Shown one piece after another: positions 1 to 13,504 of a stretch of DNA of 51,767 nucleotides. The stretch is taken from positions 1 to 51,767 of the forward strand of contig JAUCBJ010004445.1 of NCBI GenBank assembly GCA_032718475.1. The letters run 5' to 3'. The translations under genes and the position numbers were made by a program. Positions within the stretch are counted from its first letter, which is position 1. Each line of letters starts with the position of its first letter. The stretch comes from Nemertoderma westbladi (lineage: Eukaryota; Animalia; Xenacoelomorpha). The notes under the pieces are model-generated. The model saw only the letters and a program-made list of their open reading frames with translations. It had not been told where the DNA came from and made no database searches.

Positions 1-1155
1 CCGAAAGGGAAATGGTTTTATTTAAATATCATACCCAGCGGAGTCGAAACGATAAATCGAGAATAGAACACGAGAACTCTATTCGAAATCAGCTCGAAAA
101 AAAGAACGTGGAAGAAGGCTTGTAAAGACAAATATAGGCGAACCACTGGAGAAGAGACATATGTTAATGCCCAGGGTCCATAATGTGAATAGTTTTCCCC
201 GGGGCACGGGTGCTCGCGGGCGGTCTCCTTCGGGAGGCTGTAAATTTCTCTTCCTTCATCGTTTTCCTGTAATTATTGTGATCAGTGTCACAATTAAAAG
301 ACAAGAATGAATGATGACGTGATGGAAAACTTGTCCATTGTGGTGTCTTATGGATACTACCCTATATCCTTCCTCCTCTTTACTACCTTCATCGATCGAC
401 CAATCATAGTGGTATCGTGGTATGGATCATACCTCATCCTAATAAATCTCCTCACCTTCTCTTCCCAACGCGCTCGGAGCTTCGGGAAACAAATACTAAA
501 CCTCCCAGCCTTTACTGTTTATTTGGATGCCCATATTCGTGTCCGCACCGCCTTTCCCTGTACCATTCTGTTGATATTTATGATATCAACTTCCATTCCT
601 CTTGTTGTTGATTGAATAATCAACCATAAATAATTTCCTTAAGTCCACAACCGTGATACAAACAAGGACTGAAAGGACACGTTGATAGTTTATGAACAAC
701 TGGTACCATTATGTGTCATAAATCTGGTTGTTCACCCTCTTAATAATTGAGGATAAATGCGTCTGGAGATAGTCTTCGAATGTAACAATCCTCCTATTGA
801 AGTCGTATTTCATAATTTCATTGAATGCGATAGTTTTTCCTCTGCTCTACCATCGCTGTCGGAGAACATATTAGGCCTACAACAGGAATATGGAGAACAT
901 TCCATACCCTTTCGTTGATACTCAGCTGATTGCTCCTTGGGCCGAAGGCCGAGGTTTCTTTCGCACTATGTATGCCAATACACCCAGCGGCATTACTAAA
1001 GTACGACGGACATCCATCGGACATCTTGCCTTTCAAGAATATGGTTGGAATTTCAAAGTTGGAAATCCTATAAATTACCAGCAAGTATATGGAGATCATT
1101 ACTCTCGTTTATATTTGACGGACCATTAACCGCGCCTGGTGCAGTATATAGCTTT

Positions 1156-2664
1156 ATGAGTGTTCCACTTCGCCCTTCCTTAGCTATATACACGATCTTT
1201 GAAAACGCAGCACTTGCCGGTTGGCTAGACGATGTGTGCAGTCGTACCATACGCGCTCACCCGTTAATACTTGGAACTAAACTCGCCAAGTTAGACGAAC
1301 ACAATAAGTTCATACGTTTCGAATGTTTCCGGCGCTTTCTGACTCCGTTCCGTAACGTCGATAGTCAGTTCAAAGATCGCGCGCTGACCAAGCTCAGTCT
1401 TAGAGACTCAGCTGCGGAGAAACTGAGTAGCGCTGGATTTGCCGTGTTTCAAGACGTTTGTATACAGAACTCACATTCATCTGTTATACAAAGACCCCGA
1501 ATACCTACAGGTTATTCTGTCGTGGAAATACAGACAGTGGGTCCACTTACGGAAACCGACGCACCCACTTCGTCTATGCAGCTGGAGGATGAACCAGTAT
1601 GCTTGGAATCCGAAGCGATTCAACCTACGGCTTCTCGGAGCAGTGACAATGATTATGTCATAGAGTGGTATCAAGGTCCACAGCGTCTCACAGCGTACGA
1701 TTATCGACACGCCAACTACGTTTCCCGAAAACGTTGTCGATTATGCGCATCGAGAGACCACTTCACTCCTCTAGACTCGAGCGTACCTTGTTCCTATTTC
1801 CTCGAACAACCGATGATGGAAATATATTGTGCTTATTGCCGGCTTAATAACTCTCATATATTTGCCGTCTGCCCACAATTTATGACTCAATGTCACTACT
1901 GCCAACTTAAAGGACACGAAAGTTACAATTGTCCCTTTAATCGCGATTTAGAGAGCGTAGACGAGATGATCACCCTGCGATACATCCGAGCTTGGGAAGC
2001 GAACGCAGATTTACATTGCGAATCCAGACATCGCTATTACCCTGGACGAGCTTACGAGGGAGTTTACGCGTTCCATCCTTATCTATTCGCGTCGATTGAA
2101 CAGAAAACACGCGTACCAAGTTACGAGTTAATGAAGCGTGTTGGTGAGTGTATTTCCACCAAGTTTGTCAGGAAATACCTGAGAAACGTTAATCCTAATG
2201 ATATAACCACATATCACCTGATCAATTTTATCCGTCAGGACCCTGAGTATGGCGACATTTTCGTGAACTCGCATCCTGAACTCCAGGAAGTATCTCGGCG
2301 CCCATATGAATATCGAACCCGAGAACGCGAGCTGGAGAGAACCATTAAACCGAGAAAGTTCCTCACCACTCACGGTCCACCCACCGCTAGTGTCCAGACG
2401 ACCCGTCAAGGACCCGTAGGAGCTGCTGTCCTGAGACGCGCTCTAAAGGCCGTTAGACCTCACTCACCTGAGGTTGATATTAATCAACCAGGTACTTCGA
2501 CCGGCGGGTATACCGATCGTAACCCTGCACCTTCTGATGCAATTATATTGCACCCTTCGCCTAGGAGCTACAGCCCACCTCGTAAAGTGGCTCGCCCCAA
2601 AGAGAAAAGGACTCTTGCTAGCCTCAAGAAACTGCGTAAACGCCGTCCGCGCAAGAAAGACTAA
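1156..2664 (+). CDS. Intronless ORF (~500 aa from the first ATG) with clustered CCHC zinc knuckles and a basic C-terminal tail; probably an accessory ORF of a retroelement
   Basis: Open frame 1045-2664, first ATG at 1156. Motifs CRLCASRDH, CAYCRLNNSHIFAVC and CHYCQLKGHESYNC; C-terminus KKLRKRRPRKKD. Higher GC than the flanks and no introns. Confidence 0.6.
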   Translation: MSVPLRPSLAIYTIFENAALAGWLDDVCSRTIRAHPLILGTKLAKLDEHNKFIRFECFRRFLTPFRNVDSQFKDRALTKLSLRDSAAEKLSSAGFAVFQDVCIQNSHSSVIQRPRIPTGYSVVEIQTVGPLTETDAPTSSMQLEDEPVCLESEAIQPTASRSSDNDYVIEWYQGPQRLTAYDYRHANYVSRKRCRLCASRDHFTPLDSSVPCSYFLEQPMMEIYCAYCRLNNSHIFAVCPQFMTQCHYCQLKGHESYNCPFNRDLESVDEMITLRYIRAWEANADLHCESRHRYYPGRAYEGVYAFHPYLFASIEQKTRVPSYELMKRVGECISTKFVRKYLRNVNPNDITTYHLINFIRQDPEYGDIFVNSHPELQEVSRRPYEYRTRERELERTIKPRKFLTTHGPPTASVQTTRQGPVGAAVLRRALKAVRPHSPEVDINQPGTSTGGYTDRNPAPSDAIILHPSPRSYSPPRKVARPKEKRTLASLKKLRKRRPRKKD

Positions 2665-2742
2665 CTGTTTAGAGTATTTTTATATTTTAGAAACTGTGAT
2701 TTTGTATATTTTATAGACTTAAATCCCATTTTCTGGGAGCGG

Positions 2743-3856
2743 TGTAAAAGCTTTTGTGGGATAACTGATTCGTTTGCCTTGTTGGCCAGTTCCCCCCCAG
2801 TCGCTAAGAATACTCTCAAAGTGATCTACAGCTAAAAATAGTGCAAGTTACCAGCTTATTGGCGGATTTGCTGTACGCAGGCATCTGGGCTCTGTTTAAT
2901 CGGCCAACAAGCCTAGGGAGGTTGCGTCATAGCCTTGTTTTTGTATCTCCCAATAGAATTTGAGTTAGCCTTGATTTTGACCTATCACAGAGCTGCTGAA
3001 CTGAAAATTTCCTATCTCACTGCTCTTTCTCTGTGTTGAACGGGAGCTTCGTGGAATAAGGGAGTTGGTATCCTCGTATAGAGCAGTAGTCACGAGTTTT
3101 TCAAAGCCACGAAAGAACGGCTTTTAGTGTTTTGTGCTTTCTGCTTTTTAGCTCAACACTAGTAGGTTTAATCATAAGGACATATATCCTTTAACTGACC
3201 AAACGCACCTGATTACTGACTGATTGTCTTAACTCAAAACAAACTGGCACGATTGATCTGTCAATACTGTGTACTGCTATTTGTTGTCGGTTATTCATTA
3301 TATTTGTTGATGAATTATTATATTGGAATAACGAGAAATAACCCCGACACCCAATATTCTTGATATACCGAAGGTAAGAGAGAAAGGTTACCAATAACGA
3401 TTGTGACTTATGTTAAAGTGGTTTGAAGTGAATCTAATGTTATTTGATAGACCCTACATGAGTCAGTCTGTGTTCCTTTTATATGTGACTAAAATCAGTA
3501 AAGATTGGCAGATTAGTGTGCAGTATTGTGCAGCATTGTGTGCGAGTGAGTCTGTTAAAGAAGCATTCCTAAAGAATGCGCCATATATGTGAATTATAAT
3601 TAAGCCATATCGTTGTGAGTAGTTTAAGTCATAACTCTGTTTATGTAGATAAAGTGCCACGTCCTAAAGGAACTGTTAATATTCCCGAAGGTAAATAATA
3701 TTGTCAGAGATTATATAATACTGTCAGTCGAATAATACATTAGGCTTACATAGCAATAAAATTAAACCGTCGAACCCAATCTCCCGGGAATATCCAGCGG
3801 GTGAATGGTCGCGCACGGATTGGTTTCGACTAGTGTAGTGAATCAAATACTTGTCA
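2743..3856 (+). mobile_element. Putative 3' LTR of an LTR retrotransposon
   Basis: Purine-rich GGGAGCGG is immediately followed by TGTAAAAGC at 2743, ~80 nt after the zinc-knuckle ORF stop. AATAAA near 3754 and a candidate ...TGTCA end at 3856. No second LTR in the window, so the right end is tentative. Confidence 0.35.
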
Positions 3857-3934
3857 TAGGCTAAAAAGCGATTTAATATCTAGAAGACATCTTAATTTGG
3901 CGGGTTAAACTGCCAAAGGTCTGAAAGCGCGAAC

Positions 3935-6900
3935 ACACGCAGCACTCAATAAGGTTGGATTATTGTCGTATCCTGTAGATCTGACACGCAGCACTCAATT
4001 AGGTTGGATTATTGTCGTATCCTGTAGATCTTACACGCAGCACTCAATTAGGTTGGATTATTGTCGTATCCTGTAGATCTGACACGCAGCACTCAATTAG
4101 GTTGGATTATTGTCGTATCCTGTAGATCTTACACGCAGCGCTTGATTAGGTTGGATTCTTGACGTATCCTTTAGATCTGACACGCAGCACTCAATTAGGT
4201 TGGATTATTGTCGTATCCTGTAGATCTGACACGCAGCACTCAATTAGGTTGGATTCTTGTCGTATCCTGTAGACCTGACACGCAGCGCTTGATTAGGTTG
4301 GATTCTTGTCGTATCCTTTAGATCTGACACGCAGCACTCAATTAGGTTGGATTCTTGTCGTATCCTGTAGATCTTACACGCAGCGCTTGATTAGGTTGGA
4401 TTCTTGTCGTATCTGTAGATCTTACATGCAGAGCTCGATTAGGTTGGATTCTTGACGTATCCTTTAGATCTGACACGCAGCACTCAATTAGGTTGGATTC
4501 TTGTCGTATCCTGTAGACCTGACACGCAGCGCTTGATTAGGTTGGATTCTTGTCGTATCCTTTAGATCTGACACGCAGCACTCAATTAGGTAGGATTCTT
4601 GTTGTATCCTGTAGATCTGACACGCAGCACTAGATTGGGTTGGATTCTTGTCGTATCCTGTAGATCTGACACGCAGCACTCAATTAGGTTGGATTATTGT
4701 TGTATCCTGTAGATCTGACTCGCAGGGCTCGATTAGGTTGGATTCTTGTCGTATCCTGTAAATCTTACATGCAGAGCTTGATTAGGTTGGATTCTTGTCG
4801 TATCCTTTAGATCTGACACGCAGCACTCAATTAGGTTGGATTATTGTCGTATCCTGTAGATCTTACACGCAGCGCTTGATTAGGTTGGATTCTTGTCGTA
4901 TCCTTTAGATCTGACACGCAGCGCTTGATTAGGTTGGATTCTTGATGTATCCTTTAGATCTGACACGCAGCACTCAATTAAGTTGGATTCTTGACGTATC
5001 CTTTAGATCTGACACGCAGCACTCAATTAGGTTGGATTATTGTCGTATCCTGTAGATCTTACACGCAGCGCTTGATTAGGTTGGATTCTTGTCGTATCCT
5101 TTAGATCTGACACGCAGCACTCAATTAGGTTGGATTCTTGTCGTATCCTGTAGACCTGACACGCAGCGCTTGATTAGGTTGGATTCTTGTCGTATCCTTT
5201 AGATCTGACACGCAGCACTCAATTAGGTTGGATTCTTGTCGTATCCTGTAGATCTTACACGCAGCGCTTGATTAGGTTGGATTCTTGTCGTATCCTGTAG
5301 ATCTTACATGCAGAGCTTGATTAGGTTGGATTCTTGACGTATCCTTTAGATCTGACACGCAGCACTCAATTAGGTTGGATTCTTGTCGTATCCTGTAGAT
5401 CTTACATGCAGAGCTTGATTAGGTTGGATTCTTGACGTATCCTTTAGATCTGACACGCAGCACTCAATTAGGTTGGATTATTGTCGTATCCTGTAGATCT
5501 TACACGCAGCGCTTGATTAGGTTGGATTATTGTCGTATCCTGTAGATCTGACACGCAGCACTCAATTAGGTTGGATTATTGTCGTATCCTGTAGATCTTA
5601 CACGCAGCGCTTGATTAGGTTGGATTCTTGTCGTATCCTTTAGATCTGACACGCAGCACTCAATTAGGTTGGATTATTGTCGTATCCTGTAGATCTTACA
5701 TGCAGAGCTTGATTAGGTTGGATTCTTGACGTATCCTTTAGATCTGACACGCAGCACTCAATTAGGTTGGATTCTTGTTGTATCCTGTAGATCTGACTCG
5801 CAACGCTCGATTAGGTTGGATTCTTGTCGTATCCTTTAGATCTGACACGCAGCACTCAATTAGGTTGGATTATTGTCGTATCCTGTAGATCTTACACGCA
5901 GCGCTTGATTAGGTTGGATTCTTGTTGTATCCTGTAGATCTTACAGGCAGAGCTTGATTAGGTTGGATTCTTGACGTATCCTGTAGATCTTACACGCAGC
6001 GCTTGATTAGGTTGGATTCTTGTCGTATCCTGTAGATCTGACTCGCAACGCTCGATTAGGTTGGATTCTTGTCGTATCCTTTAGATCTGACACGCAGCAC
6101 TCAATTAGGTTGGATTATTGTCGTATCCTGTAGATCTTACACGCAGCGCTTGATTAGGTTGGATTCTTGTTGTATCCTGTAGATCTTACAGGCAGAGCTT
6201 GATTAGGTTGGATTCTTGACGTATCCTGTAGATCTGACACGCAGCACTCAATTAGGTTGGATTCTTGTTGTATCCTGTAGATCTGACTCGCAACGCTCGA
6301 TTAGGTTGGATTCTTGTCGTATCCTTTAGATCTGACACGCAGCACTCAATTAGGTTGGATTCTTGTTGTATCCTGTAGATCTGACTCGCAGCGCTCAATT
6401 AGGTTGGATTCTTGTTGTATCCTGTAGATCTGACTCGCAACGCTCGATTAGGTTGGATTCTTGTCGTATCCTTTAGATCTGACACGCAGCACTCAATTAG
6501 GTTGGATTATTGTCGTATCCTGTAGATCTTACACGCAGCGCTTGATTAGGTTGGATTCTTGTTGTATCCTGTAGATCTTACAGGCAGAGCTTGATTAGGT
6601 TGGATTCTTGACGTATCCTGTAGATCTTACATGCAGAGCTCGATTAGGTTGGATTCTTGACGTATCCTTTAGATCTGACACGCAGCACTCAATTAGGTTG
6701 GATTCTTGTCGTATCCTGTAGATCTGACACGCAGCGCTTGATTAGGTTGGATTCTTGTCGTATCCTTTAGATCTGACACGCAGCACTCAATTAGGTTGGA
6801 TTATTGTCGTATCCTGTAGATCTGACACGCAGCACTCAATTAGGTTGGATTATTGTCGTATCCTGTAGATCTTACACGCAGCGCTTCATTAGGTTGGATT

Positions 6901-7965
6901 CTTGTCGTATCCTGTAGATCTGACTCGCAGCGCTTGATTAGGTAGGATTCTTGTTGTATCCTGTAGATCTGACACGCAGCACTCAATTAGGTTGGATTCT
7001 TGTCGTATCCTGTAGATCTGACACGCAGCACTCAATTAGGTTGGATTCTTGTTGTATCCTGTAGATCTGACTCGCAGGGCTCGATTAGGTTGGATTATTG
7101 TTGTATCCTGTAGATGTGACTCGCAGGGCTCGATTAGGTTGGATTCTTGTCGTATCCTGTAGATCTTACATGCAGAGCTTGATTAGGTTGGATTATTGTC
7201 GTATCCTTTAGATCTGACACGCAGCACTCAATTAGGTTGGATTCTTGTCGTATCCTGTAGATCTGACACGCAGCGCTTGATTAGGTTGGATTCTTGTCGT
7301 ATCCTTTAGATCTGACTCGCAGCGCTTGATTAGGTTGGATTCTTGTCGTATCCTTTAGATCTGACACGCAGCACTCAATTAGGTTGGATTCTTGTCGTAT
7401 CCTGTAGATCTTACACGCAGCGCTTGATTAGGTTGGATTCTTGTCGTATCCTTTAGATCTGACACGCAGCACTCAATTAGGTTGGATTCTTGTCGTATCC
7501 TGTAGATCTGACACGCAGCGCTTGATTAGGTGGGATTCTTGTTGTATCCAGTAGATCTGACACGCAGCACTCGATTAGGTTGGATTCTTGTCGTATCCTG
7601 TAGATCTGACACGCAGCGCTTGATTAGGTGGGATTCTTGTTGTATCCTGTAGATCTGACACTCAGCACTCGATTAGGTTGGATTCTTGTCGTATCCTGTA
7701 GATCTGACACGCAGCACTCAATTAGGTTGGATTATTGTCGTATCCTGTAGTAGATCTGTACATGCAACGCTGTATTAGGTGGGATTCTTTTTGTATCCTG
7801 TAGATCTGACACGCAGCACTCAATTAGGTTGGATTATTGTCGTATCCTGTAGATCTTACACGCAGCGCTTGATTAGGTTGGATTCTTGTCGTATCCTGTA
7901 GATCTGACACGCAGCGCTTGATTAAGTTGGATTCTTGTTGTATCCTGTAGATCTGACCCGCAACG
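3935..7965. repeat. 49-bp minisatellite, ~82 copies
   Basis: Unit ACACGCAGCACTCAATTAGGTTGGATTCTTGTCGTATCCTGTAGATCTG; period 49 (3935, 3984, ...). Recurrent variants such as GCGCTTGATT, CCTTTAG and CTTACATGCAGAG. Confidence 0.98.
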
Positions 7966-9899
7966 TTGCTGTTATATGACACAGCATTATTGATAATTAT
8001 GGCTGGAATTTTTTATGTCCGTTGTTTTGACTCCTTTTTTTTACGGATTTTGCATTCACCATACCCGTTCCAAATCATTGACAATTTGTTGATTTCTGTA
8101 CTTTTCTAACCAAATCAATAAACGATCACTGTGCCAATTGGGGAATGAAACAGCTTTCAGAGGCAAGATTTTCTAACCAACAGGATTTTATAACCAAAGC
8201 AATAAATGATATCTTCAACAATTGGGGAGATGCTGGGTCTTTTCAAACAAAAACAATTAATGATTTCGTAAACTATAGGGAAAAGGGGCAAGTTATAGCG
8301 GCCGTTTTTACTAAAGAAAACAATAAACGATCTCGTTTTTTTCAATTGAGGGAAAGGGGCACGTTACAGAGGCAAGTTTTTCTAACCAAACAATATTAAT
8401 CACGTTAACAATACAATGAAAGGAGTAGGCAACGTGTAGGCTATTTAATGTAGGCTACATAAGTAAATTCTGAAATTTGTTAATTAAGTACCGGTACTGT
8501 ACCAAGATTTACTACTGTACAATCAGAGTAACATAAGTACAGTAGGCACCGCAGTCATAGCCCGAGACTAGCGACTTTACGAATCTGCCAAGATCTATAC
8601 GGATCATGCTATGTGCTTGATTCATCTGCACTGATCATAATACATTGTAAATCTGCTACGATCATAGAATGATCATACAAAATCTTTTAAGAATTTACAT
8701 ATACAAAATATTGAAAAAATATTTATTTATTGAATGTATGGTTGCAATTTGTTAAATATCAAAACCATTTTTACATTAAACATTATAATTATTGTCTTGG
8801 AAAGTAACAACATGGCTATTATATTTGCTACGATCAGACGACGATCAGGATAAGATCAGGCCAGATAATGCGGCTGCCCAAATTTTAAAACACCAGAGGC
8901 AGAGTATAGGCAGAATGATCATTATTTTTTTGCCGTATTTGACCGACCAGAGTACTCTCTTTCACAGCGTTGTACATAAGATTACATATTATACGAAGAT
9001 CTTTTCAGATCTTATCATGATCATATCATGATAATATCAAGTTAGAAATTATCAATCAATAATTAATTATCAATTATCATTTAATAGGTATAGAAACACG
9101 AAATTTATAAATCTACATCAATAAGAATTATCTAATATGGTGGCCAAGTAGAGTAATTATATTAATTTATATGAATCTAATATAAATTTATTGATATTAA
9201 TGCAAAGTTAAATTGGCTTATCTTAAAACCAAATTGAAATTTGTTCTGCTTAAATATAATACCATTACCACACAATAGATATACAGATAGGGACAATAGG
9301 AAATGTTAGGTGTGTAGGTGTTAGTTGTACAGTAGGATATGTAGGTAAGATGTGTTAGGTTAGTTCTATCTACATCCCCCACTGCCATATCCCCATAGTA
9401 ACAGTCCACAGTGCAAACATAACAATATACAACAGACAATATCTGGGACGCTGATCACGAATATGGCACTCAAAAATATCGTATTATCCAACAAATTCGA
9501 TTTTATCCGTATTAAATTTTGGCTACTTGTATTTTTTCGTCCCACCTGACAAGCACCAAAAATGATTTGCTTTACCACGAATGATTTTTAACGACTTGTA
9601 TCGTGATCAGCGACCTTGAAAACCAGCATAGCTTCAGAATTACCCAACCAAAGGTAAAAACAGTGTATAATTTTGTGCCACTTGTCAGGGCTTACTTTTC
9701 ATCTGGGGCACCAGAATGGCACCAAAATTCGGTTTGCATTTGCCAGATACATTTATAACTAGTTTCATCGTGATCAACGACATAGAAAACCCGTAGACAT
9801 TCAGAATTATCAAACTTAACACAAATTATTTTAGTTTGACATTTTTTTACTTGTACTTTTCGTCCTGGGGGACCAAAATAGCACAAAAAATGATGGTTG

Positions 9900-10025
9900 C
9901 ATTGCCAGAAAATATTTTTATCAAGTTTTATCGTTTTTTTTGAGCCAAGATCTAAAAAATTTATAAAATTACCCCCCTCCCCGGGCCAATTGCGTTGTAA
10001 AATGGCCCGGGCCAGATAGGGTTAA
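9900..10025. mobile_element. Possible terminus of a TTAA-type (piggyBac-like) non-autonomous DNA element
   Basis: Ends in ...GGGCCAGATAGGG-TTAA (TTAA-CCCT on the - strand) with GC-rich subterminal motifs. The partner end was not identified. Confidence 0.25.
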
Positions 10026-10650
10026 GGCTGAATGGTCTGTAGGCCTTAGCAATTTTGATCGGGCCGCGGGAATGTGTTATTTTTTTTTTTTGCTGTAGCC
10101 TATTTCGCATTCGCAGGGTACTTATCTTTACTGGACTTTCTGAGAAATTTAACATCCTTACAAGGCAAAAGTGTGGGCTTGTGCAAAGATATAATACAGT
10201 AGTCCTATTTGTAATCTAAATTTGGAGTTGCTGAGAAAGTAATGTTCTTCGATAAGAAAAAAGTCTCGGAAAGAAGCAATTATTGTCACTAATTAATTGA
10301 GTGAAATTCAATTATGCTTTGTCTGTTTGTTTTGGGTTTTGCAGGAATTGGCAGCTAAAATGCCATCGAGTGCAAAATTCAATATACGAGGGCAGAACAT
10401 CTGAATTTCGGTTTTAAATTAAATTAGTGACAAGGAGTTCTTTCTCGCATGATTATTTTTTATCGAATACACTATTTCATTTATAATATAAAACTAGTTT
10501 CCGGTACAAATTTTACATCACATTTTCATCAGGTTCTATCTACAGGTATAAAATGCGATATGCTGAGGATCTTACAACAAAAACTCGTCTGCATTAGAAC
10601 AGATCAAATTTTTAATAAATTTCAGAGAATTTAATTTACAAAAAAATTTC

Positions 10651-10722
10651 ACTGCGGTCTGGTCTCGAACCTAATAAATACAGTAATTACACAGCACGCA
10701 CCTGACGGTTGACTGAGCTAGA
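10651..10722 (-). mobile_element. Degenerate tRNA-derived SINE-like head
   Basis: The - strand reads TAGCTCAGTC... (A-box like) and GGTTCGAGACC (B-box) at tRNA-like spacing. No intact cloverleaf. Confidence 0.4.
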
Positions 10723-10879
10723 ATTTTGAGTCGAAAGATGTACTGTAGGCCTACTTTTTTACTCTGGTTTCTACGAATTTTCGTGAGGATTTTTCAGATC
10801 AAAATTTTTTTTTTCACATTAAGGACTCGTTGAGGAAAAAATGACCCGTATTTTCGGCTGGCCCTAAGGCACGTGCCTT

Positions 10880-10975
10880 TGGAGTTTCCTATGGGGAGTA
10901 TAGTTCTGGGAGGACCGCACTTGGAATAAGTCGACAGACATTATGCGTAATCCCTGGACTGTGGGCCGAAAAGGG
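10880..10975 (+). mobile_element. 3' fragment of the SINE family also present at ~17960-18180
   Basis: GAGTTTCCTATGGGGAGTA...AATAAGTCGACAGACATTATGCGTAATCCCTGG...GGCCGAA aligns by eye to 18088-18176. Confidence 0.65.
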
Positions 10976-11001
10976 TGTAATTAAATAATATTTTAATGTA
11001 G

Positions 11002-11154
11002 GGTAAAGGTGTAGATGTGTTGGAGTACCATGAGAAACTAAACGACGAAACAGCAGAAATATGTCGGAGGCACAAAGATCGATTCGCTGGACTAGCTATC
11101 GTTCCAATGCAGGATCCGAGCTTGGCTGTGCAGGAAATGCGAAGATGTTATACG
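11002..11154 (+). CDS. ACMSD: ACMSD internal exon (GKGVDVLEYHEKLNDETAEICRRHKDRFAGLAIVPMQDPSLAVQEMRRCYT)
   Basis: AG/GT flanked, 153 nt, phase 0/0. Matches the ACMSD segment RFVGLGTLPMQAPELAVKEMERC. Not in the ORF track. Confidence 0.93.
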
Positions 11155-11416
11155 GTAAATATATTGGACAGTTGTAATTAATTATATTTATTATTAATTT
11201 AATTAATTGTAATTATTATTTGCATCAATATGTGTTATCTGGTGGATTTAAAGGTGGAAATTTATTTGATGATTACGTACACGAATATAGTGTCCGACAA
11301 TATATATGGGACAATATAGTGTCGTAATTCAGTGGAACTCTTGGAACCCCCAAATTATTCTACATATCTTAATGAAATTGCATGAGATTTTAAATATAAT
11401 TTACTCCCAAATTGTA

Positions 11417-11593
11417 ACATTACTCAACGCCGTTAGTATTAACATCGTGTTGTTATTTAGCACTTTACAACTTTAGAGTAGATTACAGCATTTTATTGGA
11501 CTGTATATTTAGTATTGTATTTGGTGTTATTGTTTACGTGGTAACCCACGACGGCGTTAAGTAATGTCCATTAAGGGGACATTACTTAACGCC
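11417..11593. repeat. Short inverted-repeat cluster including a perfect 17-bp hairpin
   Basis: GGCGTTAAGTAATGTCC (11553-11569) pairs with GGACATTACTTAACGCC (11577-11593), 7-nt loop. A third related copy lies at ~11417. Confidence 0.75.
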
Positions 11594-12367
11594 ATCATTG
11601 AATACCTCGTAAACAATAGGTGGAAATTTGCCTGACAGCCAGATAGGCCTACTACATTACCTACCGGTAGGCGGGGTATAGCTATTAATAACAAGTTGGG
11701 CCTAGCTATATTATTATAACACGGCTCCAAACGCCACCATAAATATAAGCTAACTTATTTATAACATAATTTATGTCATTTTTACATTTATTTATACAGC
11801 AACTAATATAATTTGTGCAATTTTTATCACTTATAATGTATATGTACAATAATTTCCACTGCAGGTAAATGTAATGATTAATCGTTAGCGAAGATTTCAC
11901 ATAATAAAATTGGGATTGATGTCATTGAATTTAAGTGTAATTGATTTATTTGTTTTAGTTTAAAAATCACAATAGTTTAGCATATGGCTGGGTATATTTT
12001 TTTGAGAATAATGGTTTTGGAGGTCGACAAACCTGATGGGCTGGGTTACATACCCCCGTTTTGTAGAGAAGTAGAGTTACTGTAATAAGCTTCCCATTTT
12101 GTACCAGCCAAAATGGTAGTAAAAATGAGGAAATTATTATACAAATTTCGGTTGCTCCAGAAACTAAATTGGTAAATATGTAGTCGCAACATGGATTTCA
12201 CATAGCAACAGGGCAACTATTGGTGAGGTTTGGGTGAATGAGTGGTTTCTTATTATTATAACTTTTGTGGGTCGCAGCTTTGCAAAGTCGACAATGACGT
12301 TCAGGTGGGAGGGATCGAACTGATGACTTCCGGCAGTGATTGCACCGTTGTATTCTGGCCTCTTCCT

Positions 12368-13504
12368 TTAACACCTCTTGATGTCTCTTCGCAACAATTT
12401 CCTTATGTTTTTCTTCATCTTCTTTTTATCCGCCACTAATGATTTATCGTAAGCAATATTCTGCAAAGTTATTGTAGATGCTGTTACTTGCTCTTTTCCC
12501 TCCTCCAACACAAATTCACGCTGATTGTGATGCTGTTGCCCTATCGTCTGACGCATCATCTCTTGGTATTTGACTCCGGCGTAATTAGTTGCGTTCTTTA
12601 GATCAACATAGTTTTCCCTGTTTGTGTTCGCTGGCTTTATTTCGGAAATCATTTCCGCTGCGCCGTTAGGATTAACGCTCAGAATGATAAGCAATGTAAA
12701 TCCTTCTGACTTGATGTTGTTAGACAATGAATCCAAACCGAGAATACCATTGAATTCATGAGAGAGAATCGATAAGAAGCCATCCAACCCGAAACTAACA
12801 TCCCAGACCCACATAACATAGTGAGAAGTGATTAACCAGACTACCTCCTCGGAGCAGAGAACCTCATTGCAGAATTAATCTGATACGTTGCTGTGTCTAT
12901 TGTGTAGGTAAATGGCGAGGCCTTTCATCGATGGGGGTTTGACGGCATTAATGGCTTCCGATAGAGATTTTGTGACATATTTTTTTACTTTTTTTTGCCC
13001 CCTATTTGTATTTTAACTTACTCGTAACGTCAGCGTGGCACCTTTCGATGTCTCGCCCACTATTGAGTCAATCCCTTCTGATGAAACCCCTCTCACTGAG
13101 GAGGTTACTCCCTTGTATGAGCACTCCCCACCCACTGGAGAGGTTATTCCCTTGTATGAGCACTCCCCACCCACTGGAGAGGTTATTCCCTTGTATGAGC
13201 ACTGCCCACCCACGGGAGAAGTTACTCCCTTGGATGAGCACTCCCCAGACGGACCATCTTCGGTTATCAACTTTATATCAACTATGTCGCGGAATCTGAA
13301 TGTAGATAAGGGCGGGTCGCCGATTAAACTGTCTATTGGGAGGTCCAGAATCACGTGCGATTCAATTGGGATTCCGAAAATATGCAAAATCATATTGCTG
13401 AGTTCTGCCATATTATAATTTCTTTGGATCATTATTGGGCACGTCATTCCCTTACATTGGACGATGAATGTTACCTTGTTACTGGTAGAAGTAGGAGAAG
13501 GCAT
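12368..13504 (-). pseudogene. Two collinear ORF remnants of unknown function (13504-13013 and 12814-12368), probably transposon cargo; includes a 39-bp x ~4 repeat
   Basis: Protein-like composition. A 13-aa repeat (ECSYKGITSPVGG) lies at ~13100-13250. The frame continues past in-frame stops. No recognisable family. Confidence 0.3.

Noticed and set aside
3935-7965. CRISPR-like array
   Set aside because: Units are contiguous with no unique spacers, the context is eukaryotic, and there are no cas genes.
8100-9030. Short degenerate direct repeats and a GATC-rich tract; ORFs 8145-8399 and 8792-9031
   Set aside because: Likely decayed transposon subterminal repeats. No definable unit or protein similarity.
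10321-10400. Possible extra ACMSD exon after TTTTGCAG
   Set aside because: The translation does not resemble the missing ACMSD N-terminal segments and there is no clear donor.
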